From sequence record SRR2962707_2488: 45,907 nt of DNA. One strand, written 5' to 3'. Shown here piece by piece: positions 37,975 to 45,907 of this stretch. The translations under genes were made by a program, and so were the position numbers. Position 1 is the stretch's first letter. Each line of letters starts with the position of its first letter. A model generated the notes under the pieces. The model saw only the letters and a program-made list of their open reading frames with translations, did not search any database and was not told the origin of the DNA.

Positions 37975-38646
37975 TTATGGGTGGTACCCGATAACCACCG
38001 CACTCAAGATCATATCAACAACCCGCCGGCGCAATTTCTTTTGGCCTTCGTCCGTAAACAGCCTGTCGCCGAATGAGGTCGAGAACGTCGCCCTGTTCGA
38101 GACATTGTAAAAGCTTGCGGAGCTGATCATCCAGTGCAGTTCAAGCGGGTCAGCATCCGCGCGCAAAACGCCGCTCGCTTTGCCCCGATCACAAACGTCG
38201 GTGAGTTTGTCGATGATGGCCTTGTTTAGTTTTGGAATGATTTCGGATTTCTTAATGTACTCCGCGTTGTGGATATTCTCGATCATGACCAGACGGATGA
38301 AGTGCGGGTTACTTACGTGTGAATCAAAGGTTGCTTCAGTTAGCCGGCGCAAGGCCGCCACAGGTTCAAGCCCCGCGACATTCAACGCCTGTTCCGTATT
38401 GCGCAGCGACGAATACACCCGCCCTAGAACATGTTGGTACAGGCCTTCTTTGTCGCCAAAATAATAGTAGATCATCCGCTTTGAGGTCGCCGTTCTCTTG
38501 GCGATTTCGTTGATGTTCGCACCAGATAGACCCTGCGCTGCAAACTCCTCGGTTGCGATTGTCAGGATATTCTCTTTGACGGCCTCAGGGTTTTTTTTCC
38601 AAGAGGTTTTGCGTTCTTGAGCTGTTTCATCATTGTTTCCAATCAT
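37975..38646 (-). CDS. TetR family transcriptional regulator
   Basis: EIAKRTATSKRMIYYYFGDKEGLY HTH; FIRLVMIEN. Confidence 0.92.
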   Translation of the reverse strand: MIGNNDETAQERKTSWKKNPEAVKENILTIATEEFAAQGLSGANINEIAKRTATSKRMIYYYFGDKEGLYQHVLGRVYSSLRNTEQALNVAGLEPVAALRRLTEATFDSHVSNPHFIRLVMIENIHNAEYIKKSEIIPKLNKAIIDKLTDVCDRGKASGVLRADADPLELHWMISSASFYNVSNRATFSTSFGDRLFTDEGQKKLRRRVVDMILSAVVIGYHP

Positions 38647-38691
38647 TTCGGCAGCCTCTCTTTTTTTGATTCTAAGTTCGGGATATCACGT

Positions 38692-38740
38692 AATTAACCC
38701 AAGGGTACATTTTATTTGACAAATTAACCCACAGGTACAT
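38692..38740. promoter_or_regulatory. Tandem operator-like repeats flanking a TTGACA -35 box
   Basis: AATTAACCCAAGGGTACAT (38692-38710) and AATTAACCCACAGGTACAT (38722-38740); TTGACA at 38716-38721. Confidence 0.75.
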
Positions 38741-38808
38741 AAAAAGCTTCACGACGACGATGCGAGGAGCGAATCGTCTATAAGAAAAGAAAACTAGGGA
38801 GGACAGGG

Positions 38809-39807
38809 ATGTCTCGTAAGCTGATTGGCGCAATTGTTGCGTTTGGACTGAGCACGACCGGTGTGATGGCTCAGGAGTACCCGACGAAAGAAATCCAAGG
38901 CATTATCCAATGGGGTGCTGGTGGATCAACTGATACCGTGATGCGGTCTGTGACGCCCCACGCCGAAGCGGCGCTTGGTGGAACGGTTGTTATGCAGAAC
39001 ATGACCGGCGCGGTGGGTGCGATCGCGCTTAACCATGTCGCAGGCGCAAAGGCTGATGGTTACACGCTGCTGATGGGTGCCGAAAACCCCCTGCTCTACA
39101 AGATCATGGGGCTGGGTGATAAAGACTATTCCGAATTCACCCCGATCAATATTCTGGCACGCGGTACGCCAATTCTCGTGGCCAATAACGACGCGCCCTT
39201 CGACAATTACGCGGGCATGATGGATTACATCGCGAAAAACCCAGGCGCGCTGCGGATCGGTTCGACAGGGCCGGGTGGGGTTCCTTCGGTCGTCACTGCG
39301 ATGATGAACACAGTGGAAGGCAAACTCGACGTCATCGCTGTACCGTATGACGGTGACGGCCCTGCGCTGACTGCTTTGCAAGGTGGTGCTATTGACGTCA
39401 TGCCCGCCGTTTTGGGTGCCGCAATCGAAAGCATCCGTGCCGGCGCGATGAAACCCATTGCGATTTTCGACGTCGAACAGAACGCAAAACTGCCGGATGT
39501 GCCGCTTGTGACGTCATTCAATGACGGCTACAGCACCTACCTCCCTTGGGGTCCGTTCTTTGGTGTCTTTACACCAAACGGTACTCCGGACGATGTCGTG
39601 GCCAAGCTTAGCGCGGCTTACACAGAAGGTGCAGCACATCCTGATTTCATCGAATTGATGGATAATCGTGGTTTCACCATGATGGGCATCAGCGGGGCTG
39701 AAGCGACTGACTTCCTGTCGAAATGGCAGCAGGGCACAGCGTGGCTTCTTCAGGACGCCGGCTTGGCTAAGACGTCCCCAGAAGAGTTCGGCATCGCTCG
39801 TCCTTAA
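38809..39807 (+). CDS. tctC: Tripartite tricarboxylate transporter substrate-binding protein (TctC/Bug)
   Basis: Signal peptide; YPTKEI..WGAGGSTD, ADGYTLL, VPYDGDGPALTALQGGAID. Confidence 0.9.
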   Translation: MSRKLIGAIVAFGLSTTGVMAQEYPTKEIQGIIQWGAGGSTDTVMRSVTPHAEAALGGTVVMQNMTGAVGAIALNHVAGAKADGYTLLMGAENPLLYKIMGLGDKDYSEFTPINILARGTPILVANNDAPFDNYAGMMDYIAKNPGALRIGSTGPGGVPSVVTAMMNTVEGKLDVIAVPYDGDGPALTALQGGAIDVMPAVLGAAIESIRAGAMKPIAIFDVEQNAKLPDVPLVTSFNDGYSTYLPWGPFFGVFTPNGTPDDVVAKLSAAYTEGAAHPDFIELMDNRGFTMMGISGAEATDFLSKWQQGTAWLLQDAGLAKTSPEEFGIARP

Positions 39808-39829
39808 TCCAAATACCGACGTTGTCGGA

Positions 39830-39890
39830 TGGCTGGCCTTCGGGCCGGCCAAACTTAGCGCTGCCCGCGCCTCACGATGCTGGGCGGCGC
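39830..39890 (+). other. Intercistronic hairpins after tctC
   Basis: GGCTGGCC-TTCG-GGCCGGCC (UUCG loop) and AGCGCTGCCC...GGGCGGCGCT. Confidence 0.5.
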
Positions 39891-39938
39891 TTTGCGTTCC
39901 GGGGCGGAGCCCGGATCAAACCAAGGGAGGAGAGGATC

Positions 39939-40514
39939 ATGGATCCGGAATTTAGAGGCGACATTGATCACCACGACGGCACATCCGACGCTACGCCAGG
40001 TGGGTATGTTGAAAAACGGCGGCCCGGCGAATTGGGTTTTGCCCTGTTTCTGACGGTGGCCAGCCTTTTCCTGCTTTATAGCGCGTATGGCATTTCCGGT
40101 TTCGAAGCCTTATCCGCGCCGGGGGCCATTCCCATGGCGACCACGCTGGTGATGGTGCTTGCGGCGGCTGTTGTTGTCCTGCGTACTGCACGTTTGCCCA
40201 AGGTCACGACCGAAACAATTGCCAAAGATATCCTGCCCGGCACTGTGATCCTGTTTATCGGCTTTCTGGTGGGGTTCGGTCTGCTTTTAAAACCGCTCGG
40301 GTTTATTCTGACGGCGGCGCTGTTCCTGATCGTCGCCATCAAGGTGCTGGCCAAGCGCGGTTGGGGCTATACGCTGGCCGTCGCCTTGGGATCGCTGGTT
40401 GTGATCTGGATCGTGTTTCGCGTGGTTTTCACCGTGCTTTTGCCCGCTGGTATCCTGCCCGAGGCCGAGTTGATCCAGTATTTCCGCACCCTCATTTCAG
40501 CGGGGGCATCTTAA
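39939..40514 (+). CDS. tctB: Tripartite tricarboxylate transporter small permease TctB
   Basis: Small hydrophobic protein, LKPLGF..VFTVLLPAG; GGAGG RBS before ATG 39939. Confidence 0.85.
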   Translation: MDPEFRGDIDHHDGTSDATPGGYVEKRRPGELGFALFLTVASLFLLYSAYGISGFEALSAPGAIPMATTLVMVLAAAVVVLRTARLPKVTTETIAKDILPGTVILFIGFLVGFGLLLKPLGFILTAALFLIVAIKVLAKRGWGYTLAVALGSLVVIWIVFRVVFTVLLPAGILPEAELIQYFRTLISAGAS

Positions 40515-42019
40515 TGGATATGTTACTCGCGATGCTTACGGTCTTCACGCAGCCTCAGCTGCTGGTGTTGGTCGGCGTGGGCACTTTTGCAGGCATCTAT
40601 ATCGGTGCCATCCCCGGTCTTTCCGTCACCATGGCGGTGTCGATCCTGATTTCCTTTACCTTTTCATGGGATGTCTACCCTGCGATTTCTCTGATGGTCG
40701 GCATCTATATGGGTGGCGTCTATGGTGGGTCACGCACCGCGATCCTGCTGAACATTCCCGGCGCGCCGTCGGCCATTGCAACCGCGATGGACGGCTATCC
40801 AATGGCCCAACGCGGCGAGGCAGGCCAAGCCATCGGCGTCACCACGGTCATGTCGTTTTTCGGCGGTCTGATCGGCATTCTGGTGCTGGCGCTTGCTGCG
40901 CCCTTCGTTTCCGAATTCGCCCTCAGCTTTCAGCCGCGCGACTACATGTTGCTGGCGGTCTTGGGCATCCTGTTGGTCGGGTCGCTGTCCAGCGGCTCTA
41001 TGGTCAAGGGTATCTTTGCAGGCGCGCTTGGCATTGCCATTGGCGCTGTGGGCCGCGACCCGCTGACCTTTGCGGAACGTTTCACCTTTGACTTCCAGAT
41101 CATGGAGGGCGGGATTTCCTTTATCGCCGTCATGATCGGGATGTTTGGTGTGTCCGAGGCGCTGATACAGCTGCAGAACGTCAAGCTTAAGGCCGTGCGC
41201 CAGAAGATCGACAAAATTGTCCCCTCGTTTGGCACCGTCCGTAAATATCTACCACTGTCGCTGCAAACCTCGACCATCGGCGTCGTGATCGGGGCGCTGC
41301 CCGGCACGGGTGGCGATATCGCGGCATTGATGGCCTATGACCACGCGAAACGGGTCACGAAAAAGCCCAAAGTACCCTTTGGCCAAGGTGCGATGGAAGG
41401 GTTGGTCGCCCCCGAGACCGCCAATAACGCGGCAGTCGGCGGGGCATTCATTCCGATGATGACCTTGGGCATCCCCGGCGATGCTGTGACCGCCATCATG
41501 ATCGGCGCGCTGTTTATCCACGGGCTGAACCCCGGCCCTATGTTGATGATCGACCAGCCAGATATGTTCTGGTTCATTATCGGTGCCTTGTTCACCGCCA
41601 ACATCTTCATGCTGATCTTTGGCCTGACCGGCATCAAGATCTTTACCAAGATCGTCGAGATGCCACGGTCGGTGATCATCCCGCTGATCCTGTTGCTGTC
41701 GATTGTCGGTGCCTATGCGGTAAATAACTCGATCACCGACGTATACTGGATGCTCGGGTTTGGCGTGTTCGGCTACTTCATGCGCCATTACGGCTATCCC
41801 TTGGGGCCGGTCATTCTGGGCGTGATCCTGTCGCGCCTGCTGGATGACAACTGGCGCCGCGCGATCATCTCGGACCGCGAAGACCTGGGCCGTTTTTTCG
41901 ACGGCATCTTCGGTAGTCCGCTGTCTTTGGTGCTGTTCGTGGCCGTGATCCTGATTTTCGTCAGCCAGACACCGCTTTGGACGGCAATGAAAAAACGCCT
42001 GTTTAGAAAGACATCGTAA
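40514..42019 (+). CDS. tctA: Tripartite tricarboxylate transporter large permease TctA
   Basis: GAIPGLS, AILLNIPGAPS, APETANNA, LGIPGD; ATG 40514 overlaps the tctB stop. Confidence 0.93.
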   Translation: MDMLLAMLTVFTQPQLLVLVGVGTFAGIYIGAIPGLSVTMAVSILISFTFSWDVYPAISLMVGIYMGGVYGGSRTAILLNIPGAPSAIATAMDGYPMAQRGEAGQAIGVTTVMSFFGGLIGILVLALAAPFVSEFALSFQPRDYMLLAVLGILLVGSLSSGSMVKGIFAGALGIAIGAVGRDPLTFAERFTFDFQIMEGGISFIAVMIGMFGVSEALIQLQNVKLKAVRQKIDKIVPSFGTVRKYLPLSLQTSTIGVVIGALPGTGGDIAALMAYDHAKRVTKKPKVPFGQGAMEGLVAPETANNAAVGGAFIPMMTLGIPGDAVTAIMIGALFIHGLNPGPMLMIDQPDMFWFIIGALFTANIFMLIFGLTGIKIFTKIVEMPRSVIIPLILLLSIVGAYAVNNSITDVYWMLGFGVFGYFMRHYGYPLGPVILGVILSRLLDDNWRRAIISDREDLGRFFDGIFGSPLSLVLFVAVILIFVSQTPLWTAMKKRLFRKTS

Positions 42020-42873
42020 TGACAACTCCTGCTCCTGCAACGACGATCAAACTTGGCCTGATCGGGGATAATATCACCCGGTCCAAATCCCCGCGGCTGC
42101 ACCGCACCGCGGGGCAATTAAGCGGGCTTGACGTGTCGTATGACAGGCTGATCCCCAAAGATATGGGACTAAGCTTTGAGGACGTCTTTCGGCAAGCGCA
42201 GGATGGCGGGTTCCGGGGCATTAACGTGACCTACCCCTACAAAGAGCTGGCAACCCAAAAGGTCACTGTGACCGATCCGCTGGTACGCGCCATCGGCGCG
42301 GTCAATACTGTGGTGTTTGATGCGGACGGGCCAAAAGGGTTCAACACCGATTACACAGGTTTCATGAAGGCCTACCGCGATGTGCGCGGGGCGCAGAACC
42401 CCGGTGTGGTCTGTCTGATTGGCACAGGTGGCGTGGGCAAGGCGGTGGCGTTCGGTCTGGTCGCCCTCAAGGCACAGACGATCCGCTGCATCGATCTTGA
42501 CCCTGCCAAGGCAGCGGCTTTGGCCGATGCGTTGCGCGCCCTCGGATCCGAGACGGTGATCGAAATATCGACCGATGCGGGTGAAGCTGCCAATGGGGCT
42601 GACGGCCTGATCAACTGTACCCCCTTGGGGATGGTCGGCATCGGTGGAACCGCGTTGCCAGCGGCGGCGATGCAGGGCGCAAGTTGGGCATTCGATGCGG
42701 TCTACACACCCGTCGATACGCAGTTTCTGCAAGATGCGGTGAACGCCAACCTGACGGTAATTTCCGGATACGAGCTGTTCTTCGGGCAAGGATTGGATGC
42801 GTGGGACATCTTTACCGGCGTTGATGTGGACCCGTCAGAATTACGTGGCGCTATTCAAGGCGAAGACCTATGA
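42019..42873 (+). CDS. Shikimate/quinate dehydrogenase (AroE family)
   Basis: SKSPRLH, GINVTYPYK, GAVNTV, NTDYTGF, GTGGVG, NCTPLGM. Confidence 0.9.
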   Translation: MTTPAPATTIKLGLIGDNITRSKSPRLHRTAGQLSGLDVSYDRLIPKDMGLSFEDVFRQAQDGGFRGINVTYPYKELATQKVTVTDPLVRAIGAVNTVVFDADGPKGFNTDYTGFMKAYRDVRGAQNPGVVCLIGTGGVGKAVAFGLVALKAQTIRCIDLDPAKAAALADALRALGSETVIEISTDAGEAANGADGLINCTPLGMVGIGGTALPAAAMQGASWAFDAVYTPVDTQFLQDAVNANLTVISGYELFFGQGLDAWDIFTGVDVDPSELRGAIQGEDL

Positions 42874-44756
42874 AAACTTCCATCGCCACGGTCTCAATCT
42901 CGGGAAATCTGCCGGAAAAGCTTGAAGCGATTGCCGCTGCCGGGTTTGACGGCATCGAAATCTTTGAACAGGATTTCATCGCCCATGACGGCAACCCGCG
43001 CGAGGTTGGCGAACTGATCCGGTCCATGGGCCTTGAGATCACGTTGTTCCAACCGTTCCGTGATTTCGAAGGTCTGCCAGAACCCCTGCGCGCCAAAGCG
43101 TTTGACCGCGCTGAACGCAAGTTCGACCTGATGCAGGAACTGGGTACCGATCTGGTGCTGGTTTGCTCGTCCTGCCATCCAGAGGCACTTGGCGGGATCG
43201 ACCGCGCGGCGGCAGATTTTCATGAACTTGGCGACCGTGCTGCGAAACGTGATCTGCGCGTCGGCTTCGAGGCATTGGCCTGGGGCCGGCACGTCAATGA
43301 TCACCGCGATGCGTGGGAAATAGTCCGCCGGGCAGACCACAATAACGTCGGCTTGATCCTTGATAGTTTCCACACATTGGCCCGAAAGATTGACCCAGAA
43401 ACCATCCGTCGCATTCCCGGCGACAAAATATTCTTTGTACAACTTGCCGATGCGCCCTTGATCGACATGGATCTGCTCTACTGGTCCCGCCACTTCCGCA
43501 ACATGCCCGGCGAAGGCGACCTGCCTGTCGTGGATTTCATGAAAGCCGTGATGGCCACCGGATATTCCGGCCCGATCTCGCTTGAGATTTTCAACGACCA
43601 GTTTCGCGGAGGACGTCCCAAGACCATCGCAAAAGATGGCCATCGTTCGCTAATCGCCTTGATGGATGATGTTGCCCGCGATGCGCCGTCCGACTATCCG
43701 AACATCGCCCCGATGCCAGAACGGTCGAATGTCGATGGCGTCGCATTCGTTGAATTCGCGACCCGCGGCGAAGAAGCCCAAGCGTTGGAGGCCATTTTGC
43801 GCACGCTGGGCTTTCAACACTCGGGTACGCATATCGCCAAAAAACTGTCGCTGTGGACCCAAGGCGACATTCGCATCGTCATCAACCGCGAGACCTCTGG
43901 CTATGCCAGCAGCGCCTATACCACCCATGGCACGACCGTTTGTGACATCGGTATCTCGGTTGATGCCGCCGATGAAACGGCGTCCCGCGCGAAATCCTTG
44001 GGCGCTGATCCTTTCCAGCAGCCCACCGGCCCCGGAGAGTTGGACATACCCGCGATCCGTGGCCAAAGCGGCAGCGTGCTGCACTTTATCGACGACAAAA
44101 GCGGTCTGAGCGATGTCTGGTCGGTTGAATTTGCCAATGAGCATACGGACGAAGCGGATGCAGGCCTGAAACGGATTGATCACCTTGCCCAGACCATGAG
44201 CTATGACGAGATGCTAAGCTGGTCATTGTTCTACACAACGCTTTTCCAGATGCAGAAGTCACCGATGGTTGATGTGGCTGATCCGGACGGGTTGGTGCGC
44301 AGTCAAGCGTTGGAAACAGCCGACGGTTCTTTTCGCATCACGCTTAATGGGGCAGAGACCCACCGCACGATGGCTGGAAATTTTCTGGCCGACAGCTTTG
44401 GTGCGTCTGTTCAGCACATCGCTCTTTCGACAGACGATATCTTTGCAAGCGCTGCCGCAATGGCAAAGTTGGGCTTTGAACCGCTGCCTATGTCAGAAAA
44501 CTACTATTCAGATTTGGTCGCGCGTTTTGATCTAAACATGTACATGCTCGAGGCGTTGAGGGCTGGCAATATACTGTATGACGAAGACGCAAATGGTTCG
44601 TTCTTGCAGTTCTATTCCAAGCCCTACGCGGGCGGTATGTTTTTCGAAATCGTAGAACGGCGTGGCAACTACAAAGGCTACGGCGCGCCGAATGCACCGT
44701 TCCGCATTGCTGCTCAAAAGCGGCTGATGCGCCCCAAGGGGATGCCACGGCTCTGA
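42870..44756 (+). CDS. quiC: QuiC-type 3-dehydroshikimate dehydratase (sugar-phosphate isomerase/epimerase + 4-HPPD-like fusion)
   Basis: MKTSIATVS, FQPFRDFEG, EALAWG, LDSFH, QLADAP, SRHFRNMPG, SLEIFND; C-terminal IDHLAQ, QHIAL, FFEIVERR. Confidence 0.85.
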   Translation: MKTSIATVSISGNLPEKLEAIAAAGFDGIEIFEQDFIAHDGNPREVGELIRSMGLEITLFQPFRDFEGLPEPLRAKAFDRAERKFDLMQELGTDLVLVCSSCHPEALGGIDRAAADFHELGDRAAKRDLRVGFEALAWGRHVNDHRDAWEIVRRADHNNVGLILDSFHTLARKIDPETIRRIPGDKIFFVQLADAPLIDMDLLYWSRHFRNMPGEGDLPVVDFMKAVMATGYSGPISLEIFNDQFRGGRPKTIAKDGHRSLIALMDDVARDAPSDYPNIAPMPERSNVDGVAFVEFATRGEEAQALEAILRTLGFQHSGTHIAKKLSLWTQGDIRIVINRETSGYASSAYTTHGTTVCDIGISVDAADETASRAKSLGADPFQQPTGPGELDIPAIRGQSGSVLHFIDDKSGLSDVWSVEFANEHTDEADAGLKRIDHLAQTMSYDEMLSWSLFYTTLFQMQKSPMVDVADPDGLVRSQALETADGSFRITLNGAETHRTMAGNFLADSFGASVQHIALSTDDIFASAAAMAKLGFEPLPMSENYYSDLVARFDLNMYMLEALRAGNILYDEDANGSFLQFYSKPYAGGMFFEIVERRGNYKGYGAPNAPFRIAAQKRLMRPKGMPRL

Positions 44757-44913
44757 CCTTGGCGAAGGGATCGGAATGGTTCGACTGCAACGTATCACGG
44801 CCCCCGACTATACGCTCATCGGTTGGCGGCTGGGCTCTGCGTTATTTTTTGGTGGACCGTTTTCCCAGAGCATCAATTAATGACGTCCGAGCGGGCGGCT
44901 TCCCAAAACAATA

Positions 44914-44945
44914 CCCCCGCGCCGCCAAGTTGGGCGGCGCGGGGG
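44914..44945 (-). terminator. Rho-independent terminator of katG
   Basis: 13-bp stem CCCCCGCGCCGCC/GGCGGCGCGGGGG followed by TATTGTTTT on the minus strand. Confidence 0.75.
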
Positions 44946-44956
44946 CGTAGGTAGAA

Positions 44957-45907
<951 letters not shown>

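Noticed and set aside
38692-38740. Direct repeats as a possible mini-CRISPR
   Set aside because: Only two 19-bp copies with an 11-bp spacer and no cas genes; fits TetR operators

Overview
This 45.9 kb window looks alphaproteobacterial; the gene content suggests Rhodobacteraceae/Roseobacter (inference). It runs from a partial yaeQ to a partial katG. Left part (0.5-15 kb): TPR-sulfotransferase, GAF histidine kinase, class V aminotransferase, BenE transporter, an IorAB-like molybdoenzyme with its TetR, a frameshifted haloalkane dehalogenase with its TetR, a DEDDh exonuclease, a DMT transporter and an aldehyde dehydrogenase. Right part (38-44.8 kb): a TetR-controlled TctCBA + shikimate dehydrogenase + QuiC-type cluster for quinate/shikimate uptake and catabolism. 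The highlight is 18.7-37.8 kb: four secreted DUF11-domain proteins interrupted by a two-component block. Their termini form a split-domain pattern. Two proteins begin with the last strands of a DUF11 domain, carrying the Asn. Two end in a DUF11 domain that lacks those strands but keeps the Lys and Asp. A small protein is the same incomplete domain without the Lys or Asp. I infer a donor-strand, possibly isopeptide-crosslinked fimbrial system made of a tip adhesin (1.6k aa), a shaft subunit (882 aa), an outer-membrane barrel anchor/usher (1912 aa) and a chaperone-like cap (170 aa). I saw no CRISPR array, rRNA, tRNA or IS element. All family assignments come from reading motifs by eye; no searches were run.
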